DNA of 64,000 nt from Salinispira sp. (GCA_965602015.1 OZ271918.1:1376001-1440000), one strand, 5' to 3'; shown: positions 8,733 to 17,890, numbered from the stretch's first letter. Program-made: numbers and translations. The notes: generated by a model not told the origin, from the sequence alone.

Positions 8733-10064
8733 GTGCTAGACCGCCTTTCGTCAAAGTTCGGCGATCTGTTTCGGCAGCTCGGCGGCAAAGCGACGATCAG
8801 CGAAAAAAATATACAGGACGCCGTTGAAGAAATAAAAATGGCGCTTCTCGAGGCGGACGTTAACCTCAGGGTGGTGCGGAGATTTGTCAACGCAACCATA
8901 AAAGAGGCCACCGGTGAACACGTGCTGCGTTCGGTCAGTCCCGGACAGCAGTTTATCAAAATTGTTCACGACCGCATCATCGGTCTCTTGGGCGATGAAC
9001 GCTCCCAGCTGGCGCTTAAAGGTCCTGATACCACCTCGGTCATCCTTCTACTCGGTCTCCAAGGTAGCGGCAAAACAACCACAGCCAGCAAACTCGCCAG
9101 GCATTTGCAAAAACAGGGACGAAAGCCGCTTTTAGTCGCCGCTGACCTGGTGAGACCCGCTGCGGTCGATCAGCTGGTGAAGCTGGGATCGGACCTTGCA
9201 ATAGATGTCTACCACGAGAACGGAGCGAAGGATCCGGTGAAGGTTGCCAAGGCGGGGCTTCGCGAAGGGAAAAAGAAGCTCTACGACACGGTAATTATTG
9301 ATACCTCGGGTCGCATGCATGTTGAAGCCGACCTGATGAAGGAGCTCAAGGCTGTGTACTCAGCCGTGAAGCCCGACGAAGCTCTCCTTGTTGCTGATGC
9401 CATGACGGGCCAGCACGCCGTGGATATTGCAAAAAGTTTCGACGAAGCCCTGGAGCTTAGCGGCGTTATCCTCAGCAAGTTTGATTCGGATACCAGGGGC
9501 GGAGCTGCACTCTCGCTCAAGTCGATTACCGGTAAGGCAATTAAGTTCATCGGTGTGGGCGAAAAGGCTGAAGACCTGGAGCCATTTATTCCCGAGAGGA
9601 TCGCCAGCCGAATACTTGGAATGGGAGATGTTGTTTCCCTTGTCGAGAAAGCCCAGGAAACCATAGACGAAGAAGAAGCCATCGAGCTGCAGAAAAAGAT
9701 GGCCAGTAAAAATTTTACTCTCGAGGATTATCTTGATCAGTTCAGCCGTATGCGGAAAATGGGCGGGCTTGAAAAAATTCTCGACATGATGCCCGGTATG
9801 CAGGGTGCCATGGAATTGGATGATGCCCAGCAAAAGCAGATGAAACGTCAGGAAGCGATTATATTATCTATGACTGTGCAGGAGCGGCAGAATCATACGA
9901 TAATCGGTCCGACCAGAAGAAAGCGCATCGCCAGGGGTAGCGGCACTTCGGTGCATATGGTAAACAAGCTCATTAAGGATTTTGAAAAAATGCGGCTCAT
10001 GATGAAGAAGGCCGCTAAGAACAAGAAGTATCAGCAGCAGATGATGCAGCAGTTCGGTGTGTAG
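8733..10064 (+). CDS. ffh: Signal recognition particle protein Ffh
   Basis: GLQGSGKTTT, DTSGR, SKFDSDTRGG, RILGMGD, Met-rich M domain with RIARGSG. Confidence 0.97.
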   Translation: MLDRLSSKFGDLFRQLGGKATISEKNIQDAVEEIKMALLEADVNLRVVRRFVNATIKEATGEHVLRSVSPGQQFIKIVHDRIIGLLGDERSQLALKGPDTTSVILLLGLQGSGKTTTASKLARHLQKQGRKPLLVAADLVRPAAVDQLVKLGSDLAIDVYHENGAKDPVKVAKAGLREGKKKLYDTVIIDTSGRMHVEADLMKELKAVYSAVKPDEALLVADAMTGQHAVDIAKSFDEALELSGVILSKFDSDTRGGAALSLKSITGKAIKFIGVGEKAEDLEPFIPERIASRILGMGDVVSLVEKAQETIDEEEAIELQKKMASKNFTLEDYLDQFSRMRKMGGLEKILDMMPGMQGAMELDDAQQKQMKRQEAIILSMTVQERQNHTIIGPTRRKRIARGSGTSVHMVNKLIKDFEKMRLMMKKAAKNKKYQQQMMQQFGV

Positions 10065-10206
10065 AGGACCCTCCCTCTCGCGGCAACGCCGATTCTGACC
10101 GCCGGTTGGCGGGCATATATGCTGAGTAAAACCGCGGCTTATGGCCCCGGAAATAAATGTGAAACGAAACCTGTTGGATTGTACAGGATAGATCAGGAGG
10201 ATATCC

Positions 10207-10458
10207 GTGAGTGTGAAAATTCGCTTGAAGAGATTTGGTTCCAAGAAACGGCCTTATTACCGCATTGTGGTAATGGATTCCCGGACTGCCCGGGACGGCC
10301 GAGCCATTGAGGAACTCGGGTTCTACCATCCCATCGAAATGGAAGAGAAGCAGCTCGAGTTAAAAGAAGACAAAATCCGCCAATGGTTGGACAAAGGCGC
10401 GCAGCCTTCGGACACGGTTCGAAAACTGCTGAATAAAAAGAACTTTCATCTGAAATAG
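10207..10458 (+). CDS. rpsP: 30S ribosomal protein S16
   Basis: [24 protein letters not shown]...[16 protein letters not shown]. Confidence 0.97.
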   Translation: MSVKIRLKRFGSKKRPYYRIVVMDSRTARDGRAIEELGFYHPIEMEEKQLELKEDKIRQWLDKGAQPSDTVRKLLNKKNFHLK

Positions 10459-10492
10459 TCTCTCTTCGGAAGAAAACAAAGAGAGGTGATGT

Positions 10493-10726
10493 ATGGTGAA
10501 GGACTTTGTTGAATATGTAGCGAAATCCCTGGTGGACGAGCCTGATAACGTAGAAGTAAACGTTATAGAAGGTGAAAAGTCCACCATACTGGAGCTTAGG
10601 GTCGCCGCCGATGATATCGGAAAGGTGATAGGCAAAAACGGGCGGATCGCAAAAGCGGTTAGAACCCTGTTAAATGCAACCGCAAGCAAATCCGGTAAAC
10701 GGGTGGTGCTGGAAATAATGGACTGA
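10493..10726 (+). CDS. khpA: KH-domain RNA-binding protein KhpA
   Basis: DIGKVIGKNGRIAKAVRT; canonical position between rpsP and rimM. Confidence 0.92.
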   Translation: MVKDFVEYVAKSLVDEPDNVEVNVIEGEKSTILELRVAADDIGKVIGKNGRIAKAVRTLLNATASKSGKRVVLEIMD

Positions 10727-11241
10727 TGTCCGGCTATCTCAAAATCGGACGAATTGTGTCTTCACACGGCGTACGCGGCGAGGTGAAGGTAAAGAGTTTT
10801 TCCGGAGATGATACCCATTTCAAAAGCGCCGATTCCCTGATTCTCCGTCGAAGTGTCGGCGGCACCGTCAGGGAGCGAAAAGTTAAGCTGCTTTCCCTGC
10901 GTGGAGCGCTGCCGAATTTGATTGCTGCATTCGAGGGCATATCAAGCCCCGAGGATGCCCGGGCTTATCGGGGCGCCGAGCTGCTTATTGAGCGAAACGC
11001 TGCGCAAGCGCTTAAAGATGGTGAGTATTATTTCGCCGACCTTGAAGGCTGTGCCCTGGAGTTCAACGGTGCAGAAGTGGGTAGGGTCAAGTCGGTGTGG
11101 GAAAACAGCAATTGCGATATGCTCGAAGTGGTTCTCACTGACGGCAGAATCGCGCAGGTTCCCCTCCAGGACAAATTTGTGGCTGAGGTGGATACGCAGA
11201 ACGCACGCATTGAATTACGGGTAGATTGGATTCTGGAATGA
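10726..11241 (+). CDS. rimM: Ribosome maturation factor RimM
   Basis: IGRIVSSHGVRGEVKV, GEYYFADLEG. Confidence 0.95.
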   Translation: MSGYLKIGRIVSSHGVRGEVKVKSFSGDDTHFKSADSLILRRSVGGTVRERKVKLLSLRGALPNLIAAFEGISSPEDARAYRGAELLIERNAAQALKDGEYYFADLEGCALEFNGAEVGRVKSVWENSNCDMLEVVLTDGRIAQVPLQDKFVAEVDTQNARIELRVDWILE

Positions 11242-11975
11242 GAATAACCATTCTGACCCTGTTCCCTCAAATTATTGAGGGATACTTCAGTTCTTCTATC
11301 ATGGCAAAGGCCGTGGAAAAGGGGCTGATTGAGTATCAATGCATAGATTTTCGCGATTATGCAACGGACAAGCATCGAACTGCCGATGATTACCCCTATG
11401 GCGGGGGAGCCGGAATGGTGCTAAAATGCGAACCCCTCGCGGGGGCTCTTGATGCGGTGAATGCTTCGAAGAAGCGGGTTGTGTTTCCAACCCCTTCGGG
11501 GCGGCCTTTCACCCAGAAAAAAGCCCGCGATCTGGCCGAATCGGATGAACTGGTTTTTATCTGCGGCCGTTACGAGGGAGTCGACCAACGTATAATAGAC
11601 GAATACGTTGATGAAGAGATAACTGTGGGCGATTATGTTCTCTCCTCAGGGGAGATTGCCAGTTTGGTCATAATCGATGGGGTTTACCGTCTGCTCGACG
11701 GAGTGATTAACAGCGAGTCCCTCGCTGAAGAGAGTCACGAAGACGGAGTGCTGGAATATCCCCATTTTACCCGTCCCGAAGAATTCCGGGGCCTGACGGT
11801 CCCTCCGGTTCTTCTCTCGGGACACCATGAAAATATCCGGCGATGGCGCCGGAAGGAGGGTATAAAAAAGACCCTCCGGATGCGTCCCGATCTGCTGGAG
11901 AACCGGGAACTGCTTCAGGAAGACGCAGAGCTTCTTTCTGAGATCGAAAAGGAGGATAATCATGGATTTGATTAA
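11238..11975 (+). CDS. trmD: tRNA (guanine-N1)-methyltransferase TrmD
   Basis: [37 protein letters not shown]; start at ATG 11238 overlapping the rimM stop. Confidence 0.96.
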   Translation: MRITILTLFPQIIEGYFSSSIMAKAVEKGLIEYQCIDFRDYATDKHRTADDYPYGGGAGMVLKCEPLAGALDAVNASKKRVVFPTPSGRPFTQKKARDLAESDELVFICGRYEGVDQRIIDEYVDEEITVGDYVLSSGEIASLVIIDGVYRLLDGVINSESLAEESHEDGVLEYPHFTRPEEFRGLTVPPVLLSGHHENIRRWRRKEGIKKTLRMRPDLLENRELLQEDAELLSEIEKEDNHGFD

Positions 11976-12324
11976 AGCGATTGAGAGCGAACAGCTCCGC
12001 GAAGTAAATGAGTTCCACATCGGCGATACGGTAAAAGTGCATTACCGAATTGTTGAGGGGAAAACCGAGCGTATCCAGGTATACGAGGGCACGGTAATTG
12101 CCCGAAACAACAGCGGGAGTTCCGCAACCTTCACCGTGCGGAAGATTTCATACGGCGTTGGAGTTGAGCGGGTTTTCCCCCTGCATTCTCCCCGTATCGA
12201 ACGGGTTGAAATGGTACGGCGCGGACGAATCCGCCGTTCCAAGCTGTATTACCTGCGTTCCCGGAAGGGTAAGGCTGCCAAGGTTCGCGAACTTATCAAG
12301 AAAAAGAGCAGCGTAAAAGGTTAG
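11962..12324 (+). CDS. rplS: 50S ribosomal protein L19
   Basis: [13 protein letters not shown]...[14 protein letters not shown]...SKLYYLR. Confidence 0.97.
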   Translation: MDLIKAIESEQLREVNEFHIGDTVKVHYRIVEGKTERIQVYEGTVIARNNSGSSATFTVRKISYGVGVERVFPLHSPRIERVEMVRRGRIRRSKLYYLRSRKGKAAKVRELIKKKSSVKG

Positions 12325-12342
12325 TCTCCGCCGGCATAATAC

Positions 12343-13353
12343 ATGCAGATATCCCCGGACGGGCCGAGGCCCGGACATACAGGAAATCAAAAAACCGCTC
12401 ATTTTACTGTAAAGGCCAGGTTAGCACCTGGTCTTTTTTCTATTTCCATGGGGGGACGGATCTTTTCCGCCCGTTCCGGACTGGATCTCACGGTGGGAAC
12501 CAGGTATTCAGGAAGACTGCAGGACTTGCAGGGCCGTCAAATCCTTAAAATCCATGAAGGCTCTCAACTAAAGGTTTCCCAACTCCTGGCGATATACCGC
12601 GACCAAAGCGGCGTACCTGACGATGCTCTGAGTCGGTTATTGCTCAGCAGATACCACCATTTTGAACGGCAGTTTTCCCCCGGAGAGTTTCGCCGGCTCT
12701 ACATGCAGCTGCAGTGGGCAACATCTCTGTTTAACCGGGAGAATGCAAAGGGCATGAATTCCCCGGGAAACCACCCGCCTTCCACCGATAGGCTGGATTC
12801 TCATATTCTCAGAATTTTGCTCACCGTGCGGGAAAAGAATTTATCCTGGGGGGATGAAGCCCTCAAAAGCTTTATCACCGCGCTAGCCGGACCGACCATC
12901 CAATCTGAGATGGCCACGCCGCATGCGGAAAACGAAGAATTGTACCGCCTCGTAGAACAGTTTAATCAAGCCGGTCAGGAAGGCGGCAAAAGCGAAGCCG
13001 GCTGGATAATTCTTCCTTTGGAAGATCGGGAGCATCCTGGGTATCGGGCATTTCTGCGATATAATGTGAAAAAACCCGACGAACCCGTCAGCTGCAGCAT
13101 AGAAGGCTGGCTTTTTCACTGGTTGCCCTCTGAAGCCCGGGTGATGTACTACTCACCGCCACATGTACCCGGCCATGAAGAGAAACGGCGTCCTTACCAC
13201 GAGATAAACGTCGATGATCAATTGCTCAACAGGCTCAAAGCTGTTAACTTTGAGAGAGTGGAAGAATTACGTTTAATACAAGACTTTGATGGATTCTCTA
13301 TCATTGGCGGCTTAGAAAGTCTTGAGCTTCAGGGCGACGACGATGCAAGATGA
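12343..13353 (+). CDS. Hypothetical protein, possibly FliK-like (start uncertain)
   Basis: 336-aa ORF overlapping the downstream FlhB-C gene; the FliK-like call rests mainly on position. Confidence 0.55.
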   Translation: MQISPDGPRPGHTGNQKTAHFTVKARLAPGLFSISMGGRIFSARSGLDLTVGTRYSGRLQDLQGRQILKIHEGSQLKVSQLLAIYRDQSGVPDDALSRLLLSRYHHFERQFSPGEFRRLYMQLQWATSLFNRENAKGMNSPGNHPPSTDRLDSHILRILLTVREKNLSWGDEALKSFITALAGPTIQSEMATPHAENEELYRLVEQFNQAGQEGGKSEAGWIILPLEDREHPGYRAFLRYNVKKPDEPVSCSIEGWLFHWLPSEARVMYYSPPHVPGHEEKRRPYHEINVDDQLLNRLKAVNFERVEELRLIQDFDGFSIIGGLESLELQGDDDAR

Positions 13354-13627
13354 TCCTCACCGACCTGAGCGAAGGCGGGCGGTCGCGATTACATATAACA
13401 GGAATCTTCCGGCGCCCTTGGTACTGGCAAAGGGATTCGGCTACCGTGCCGAGGCAATTGTAGCTGCTGCTGAATCTTCCCAGGTGCCGGTGGTACGGAA
13501 TGATGAACTCAGCGGTGAGCTCATAACGCTAGAAATCGGGAATCAAATACCCGAATCATGTTACAAAGTTGTGGCTGAGCTCCTCGCTTTTGTTTACAGT
13601 ATAGATAGTAAAAAGGTTACCCAATGA
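13343..13627 (+). CDS. Stand-alone FlhB C-terminal (EscU/YscU/HrcU family, FlhX/YlqH-like) protein
   Basis: RAVAITY...AP.VLAKG.G..AEAIV..A....VPVV...IPE.CY.VVAELLAFVY. Confidence 0.88.
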   Translation: MQDDPHRPERRRAVAITYNRNLPAPLVLAKGFGYRAEAIVAAAESSQVPVVRNDELSGELITLEIGNQIPESCYKVVAELLAFVYSIDSKKVTQ

Positions 13628-14781
13628 GAGAAATATCCGTCGACACCCTTCAACCAGGAATGAAGTTCACCGAGGCCCTGTACATGGACGATGAAAACAT
13701 CGTTGTCCCCGAGAGGGTAGCGGTGAAGGCCAAGGACCTCGAACGCCTTAAAAAATGGAATATCAGTGTGGTCCGTACCGACGGCGAGGCAATTACCGCT
13801 GACGCCGAGGACGATGGCCCCGGCGGATTGCAGGGTTTGATTCAGAAAGCCTTCTCATCTCCCGCGCAGCGCGAAGTGACAAAGCTGTATATGAAGTATG
13901 CCCAGAAAATCAGGGATTTCTTTAGCGAAATTGATCAGCGCAACCCCCCGGACAGCGTTGAAATTAAAGACTTCATAGATAAAGTCCTAACGCTTATACA
14001 CGACCATAAAGAAGATGTCATTCAATATATTCTCTACGGAAAACACGGTGAGTCCGATGAGGCCGAAAATGCCCTTAATGCCACAATTTTGTCCATACTT
14101 ATTGGCATCGAATGCAACCTCATTTCCCATAAAATCCATCAGTTGGCCGCCTCGGCCCTGCTGCGCGACTCGGGCATGCTTCGCATCCCTCAGGCAATTC
14201 GCGAAAAGAAAGGCAGCCTCACACCTGAAGAGCTACAGCAAATCAAAACTCACCCTGTACATTCTTACCGGATAATCACCAGAGAAATCGGATTCTCGGA
14301 AGACGTCGGCATTCCTGCAATGCAGCATCAGGAGCGTTGGGACGGAAAAGGGTACCCTAAAGGAAGCAAGGGCGGTGAGATCTCACTTCATGCAAGAATC
14401 ATCTCGATAGCCGACGCCTTCGAGGCAATGGTCAGCGAACGCCCCCATCGAAGCGCCATGACCGGAAACCAGGCGATGAAGGCCATCCTCAGCGATAACG
14501 GCAGACGTTTCGACCCTGATATTTTGAAGATCGTGATCCGCACCCTTGGAATATACCCCATCGGTTCAATAGTCCAGCTCAGCAATGCTGCCATCGGCAG
14601 GGTCATTCAACACCATCCCGATGCGCCGGTGAAACCAAAAATCAAAATCATGATAAACGAGCAAGGCAAGGCCTACCTCGATGACGAGGGCGATGAAATA
14701 GACCTGGCCACCGCTAAGGGCATTTTTATCGCCAAAGCCGTAGATCCGAAGGCCGGAAGTGTAAAAGCCACCGCCGACTAA
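13624..14781 (+). CDS. HD-GYP domain protein with degenerate metal-binding motifs
   Basis: HQERWDGKGYP and ARIISIADAFEAMVSERPHR are present, but the HD dyad reads ALLRDSG. Confidence 0.88.
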   Translation: MREISVDTLQPGMKFTEALYMDDENIVVPERVAVKAKDLERLKKWNISVVRTDGEAITADAEDDGPGGLQGLIQKAFSSPAQREVTKLYMKYAQKIRDFFSEIDQRNPPDSVEIKDFIDKVLTLIHDHKEDVIQYILYGKHGESDEAENALNATILSILIGIECNLISHKIHQLAASALLRDSGMLRIPQAIREKKGSLTPEELQQIKTHPVHSYRIITREIGFSEDVGIPAMQHQERWDGKGYPKGSKGGEISLHARIISIADAFEAMVSERPHRSAMTGNQAMKAILSDNGRRFDPDILKIVIRTLGIYPIGSIVQLSNAAIGRVIQHHPDAPVKPKIKIMINEQGKAYLDDEGDEIDLATAKGIFIAKAVDPKAGSVKATAD

Positions 14782-14823
14782 AAATCCCAACATCTCCCAT
14801 CACCTATCCCGAAGCAGAGCCGG

Positions 14824-15201
14824 TTGATGTTCGGTAAACCTCTTGTGAGGGATACTCGGAAAATCGGGCAGAAGGGCGAACATTTTTGTCGGCAGTTTCT
14901 CCAACAGTTCGGCTGGAAAATTCTGAAACAAAATTTAAGGACTCCATGGGGTGAGGTCGATATTATATGTGAGAGGCAAGGATGCCTCCGGGCAGTTGAG
15001 GTTAAAACCCGTAGCGGGATTAACGGAGACTGGATACCGGGAATCGTTTCCCGCGGCCAACGCCGCCGGGTGCAAAACGGTCTTGTGTGGTACGCAAAGG
15101 ATTGCGGAAAATACCCCTGCCGAGAAATGTCTGTGTATCTGGCCATCGTCGATCTCTTAAAACGGAAAATATCATTTTATCAATTGCCCGCAGAGGAATA
15201 G
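14824..15201 (+). CDS. yraN: YraN (UPF0102) family nuclease-like protein
   Basis: GQKGE, N.RTPWGEVDII, AVEVKTR. Confidence 0.85.
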   Translation: MMFGKPLVRDTRKIGQKGEHFCRQFLQQFGWKILKQNLRTPWGEVDIICERQGCLRAVEVKTRSGINGDWIPGIVSRGQRRRVQNGLVWYAKDCGKYPCREMSVYLAIVDLLKRKISFYQLPAEE

Positions 15202-15206
15202 GGATC

Positions 15207-15368
15207 ATGGAAGATCGAATTTCACTCAGAAACCGGGAAACCCAGCTGGAGGATCTCAAGCGGAAAATCCGCGATCCGGGATATCTCCGCGAAGCGGTGA
15301 CAAGGCTTGCGGGAAATCTTACCCGGGAGTACTATCAGCGCACGGAAAATACTGCCGGCAAACACTGA
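15207..15368 (+). CDS. 53-aa microprotein resembling the FlgM C-terminal sigma28-binding region
   Basis: ATG 5 nt after the yraN stop; MEDRISLRNRETQLEDLKRKIRDPGYLREAVTRLAGNLTREYY. Confidence 0.6.
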   Translation: MEDRISLRNRETQLEDLKRKIRDPGYLREAVTRLAGNLTREYYQRTENTAGKH

Positions 15369-15371
15369 GTT

Positions 15372-16094
15372 TTACTCAACATCTATCTCAACTCCGGCGA
15401 TGAGCCTGGCAAGATCTAGGGCCTGACGCCGCACCTCTATCCTCATCCCGGACTGGACTATCAAAAGCACTTCATCAAACAATTCCTGGCTCGTCATACT
15501 CCAGGTTCTCTCATGCATGCTCCGGATAGCCGATAGGATGGAAGAGGTCAGGCGCTCATCGCCCTCCACAATATTCGCTCTGCGGAGAACCGATGAGAAG
15601 CGCTCGTGGCGATGTTCATTGAACGGCGGGGCGATTTCCCTGTACACCACAAAAAGCTCGCTGAGAACCGCAGCATCTCTTTCCATGCCGAGCAGCTCAT
15701 CGACGGCGTCCAGACTGTAATCTCCACCCAAATAGCCCATGACCCGTACCGCCTCTATTCTATCAATAACAGCCGGATTGCTTACCCCGGCGGCGGACTG
15801 ACCGCTCCGGTATGGACTGAGGGCAATCCGTCGCAGGATGAGCACCGCAGCCCGGTCAGCTGAGCTAATTGAGCCGTTGATTGCCTGACGTTCAATAAAA
15901 TCGAGCGCCTGACTGAAGGCATCCTGATTTGCCGCCTGAGTCATGGCATCAAGCCACTGAAGCTCAGACCGTGAAAGCTGAGGCGATTCGAGGGGAACCC
16001 ATTGAATTTGGTCGCTGTCCTGTGCGGTAAGAGTGGCAAGCAGCGCGCAAAAGGGCAGCAGAAGAATAATGGGATTTCGACGATGTGCGCCCAT
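15372..16094 (-). CDS. Exported HEAT-repeat-like protein
   Basis: Signal peptide followed by helical repeats (RIEAVRVMGYLGG). Confidence 0.7.
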   Translation of the reverse strand: MGAHRRNPIILLLPFCALLATLTAQDSDQIQWVPLESPQLSRSELQWLDAMTQAANQDAFSQALDFIERQAINGSISSADRAAVLILRRIALSPYRSGQSAAGVSNPAVIDRIEAVRVMGYLGGDYSLDAVDELLGMERDAAVLSELFVVYREIAPPFNEHRHERFSSVLRRANIVEGDERLTSSILSAIRSMHERTWSMTSQELFDEVLLIVQSGMRIEVRRQALDLARLIAGVEIDVE

Positions 16095-16123
16095 GAATAA
16101 AATAGTACCCGGAAAGACTGTGC

Positions 16124-16152
16124 TTGACCATAGAGCACAAGGGACCTATGAT
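16124..16152 (+). promoter_or_regulatory. sigma70-type promoter of coaD (probably leaderless)
   Basis: TTGACC-N17-TATGAT ending 7 nt before ATG 16160. Confidence 0.6.
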
Positions 16153-16159
16153 CAGGTCT

Positions 16160-16639
16160 ATGAAAAAAGCCCTTTTTCCCGGATCGTTTGATCCACCAAC
16201 GAACGGTCATCTGAACATCATCAGCCGGGCCATTGATATTTTCGATGAAATTCATGTGGTTATTGCCGTTAATCCCAATAAATCCTATGCGTTTTCCGCG
16301 GAGGAACGACATCAGATGATGGAGGAACTCTGTACCCCGTATGAAAATGTGCATGTTCATCTATGGGGAAAACTCATCGTCGATTTCGCTGAGAAGATAC
16401 AGGCGAAGGTCCTGCTCAGGGGAGTTCGGGCGCTGGCGGATTTTAATTATGAATTTGAGCTCTCAATGTTAAACCGAGGACTGAATTCACATATAGAGAC
16501 GCTGTTTATGCCGACTGACCCGAAGTACTTTGTGCTGCGCTCCAGCCAGATTCAAGAACTTGTGCGTTTGGGTGGTGATATCACCACGATGGTGCCGCAT
16601 GTGATTCTCGATCGGGTCACTGAGCGGTATCAATTTTAA
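16160..16639 (+). CDS. coaD: Phosphopantetheine adenylyltransferase
   Basis: FPGSFDPPTNGH, RGVRALADFNYE, LRSSQIQE. Confidence 0.95.
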   Translation: MKKALFPGSFDPPTNGHLNIISRAIDIFDEIHVVIAVNPNKSYAFSAEERHQMMEELCTPYENVHVHLWGKLIVDFAEKIQAKVLLRGVRALADFNYEFELSMLNRGLNSHIETLFMPTDPKYFVLRSSQIQELVRLGGDITTMVPHVILDRVTERYQF

Positions 16640-16659
16640 GTGCCCCCAAAACAGCTGAT
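16639..16659 (+). repeat. Left terminal inverted repeat of the IS
   Basis: AGTGCCCCCAAAACAGCTGAT; its first A is the last base of the coaD TAA stop. Confidence 0.9.
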
Positions 16660-16725
16660 CGAATCAACATAACTCTTTTGCCAGTAGTCTTCTATGACAC
16701 GATTACCAGTTCATAGGAGATTGCC

Positions 16726-17859
16726 ATGGCGTTTCACCCCCGTTTCTGTCCGTACTCGGACTGTTCTCAGCATCATCGCGACAGAGAATCAAGCCGGTGC
16801 TGGTTTGTCCGAAACGGTCACTATCACTGCCGCCGCCTCGGTTCTTCACAGCGCTATCGCTGTAAGCATTGCCGTCGATACTTCTGCGAAAGCGCGTTTC
16901 ACCTCGATTATCGCGCACATCATCGCCTCGATTACCGGCGCATCTTCTCTTCGATCAACTCGGCTTCCGGCATCCGCGACATTGCCCGGGAGTTTTATGT
17001 CACCGACAAGGTCATTCTCAATCGGCTGAGCCGATTGTCCCGTCAGGCAATCGCTGCCATGGCCCAGTTATTGAGCGATCATACAATCGATGAGGATATT
17101 GCCGTTGATGGGTTTGAAAGCTTTGTATATAGCCAATACTGGCCGAACAACTTCACCCTCGCGGTAGGTTCCGACAGCCAGGTTGTCTATGCCTGCGACT
17201 ATGCACAGATGCGGCGCAAAGGGCGGATGACCCCCGCACAAAAGCGCCGGCGCGATGAGCTCAATCGCCGGTATCCTATTGCAGGGGGACAAATTGCGCG
17301 ATCTTTCCGTGATGTGATAAACACCATTCTTCCCAGGTGGAGGGCTTATTCATCGAAGAAGCCATGCTATCTCTTGAGCGATGAAAAACTCGAATACCGC
17401 CGTGAGCTGTTCGCTCACCGGGACTGGGCGGCGTTGGAAAATGCAGGGCGGGTGATCCATCACCGAACCTCATCGAGGGTGGTCAGGACCACTGAGAACC
17501 CCCTGTTTCCGGTGAATTACCTGGATCGGGAGATACGAAAGGATCAATCCTGTCATGTCCGCCAGAGTGTCCAGTGGTCAAAATCGGTGAACAACAGCAT
17601 GGAGCGGATGATGATTTACATCGCCTATCATAACCTGCTCAAGCCGTATCGGATAAACGGACGAAACGATATCAGCCATGGTGAGGTTGCGGGGTTTGAC
17701 CGAAAGCGGGTACTCACGTTGGCAAAAAGGATGTTTACACAGCGGGCCTTCGTTCATCATCTGGTGCTGGACATCAGCCAATGGAAGACCTGGCACCGGA
17801 TCTGGAAGACACCGGTGAGTGCGCTGAAGATCGATCTTCCCGATTATGCGGTGGCCTGA
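16726..17859 (+). CDS. Putative transposase: Zn ribbon + HTH + RNase H-like DDE-type domain
   Basis: CPYSDC...RNG...QRYRCKHCRRYF (InsA-like Zn ribbon), GIRDIAREF HTH, VDGFES, LSDEK, then NPLFPVNYLDREIRK...WSKS...YHN resembling the IS1 C-terminal motif. Confidence 0.82.
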   Translation: MAFHPRFCPYSDCSQHHRDRESSRCWFVRNGHYHCRRLGSSQRYRCKHCRRYFCESAFHLDYRAHHRLDYRRIFSSINSASGIRDIAREFYVTDKVILNRLSRLSRQAIAAMAQLLSDHTIDEDIAVDGFESFVYSQYWPNNFTLAVGSDSQVVYACDYAQMRRKGRMTPAQKRRRDELNRRYPIAGGQIARSFRDVINTILPRWRAYSSKKPCYLLSDEKLEYRRELFAHRDWAALENAGRVIHHRTSSRVVRTTENPLFPVNYLDREIRKDQSCHVRQSVQWSKSVNNSMERMMIYIAYHNLLKPYRINGRNDISHGEVAGFDRKRVLTLAKRMFTQRAFVHHLVLDISQWKTWHRIWKTPVSALKIDLPDYAVA

Positions 17860-17869
17860 GGAGGGGAAA

Positions 17870-17890
17870 ATCAGCTGTTTTGGGGGCACT
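17870..17890 (-). repeat. Right terminal inverted repeat of the IS
   Basis: ATCAGCTGTTTTGGGGGCACT on the plus strand is the exact reverse complement of 16639-16659. Confidence 0.9.

Larger units (their letters stand above)
16639..17890 (+). mobile_element. Insertion sequence, IS1/IS1595-like, 1,252 bp
   Basis: Perfect 21-bp terminal IRs (AGTGCCCCCAAAACAGCTGAT at 16639-16659, complement at 17870-17890) bracket one transposase ORF and interrupt the coaD-rpmF synteny. Confidence 0.88.

Noticed and set aside
10065..10206. Possible SRP RNA, ribozyme or r-leader between ffh and rpsP
   Set aside because: No SRP domain IV motif or hammerhead core; only short hairpins.
12332..12347. sigma54-like CGGCAT-N5-ATGCA before the FliK-like ORF
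   Set aside because: GG-N10-GC spacing is right but both boxes deviate from consensus and it overlaps the ORF start; too weak without TSS data.
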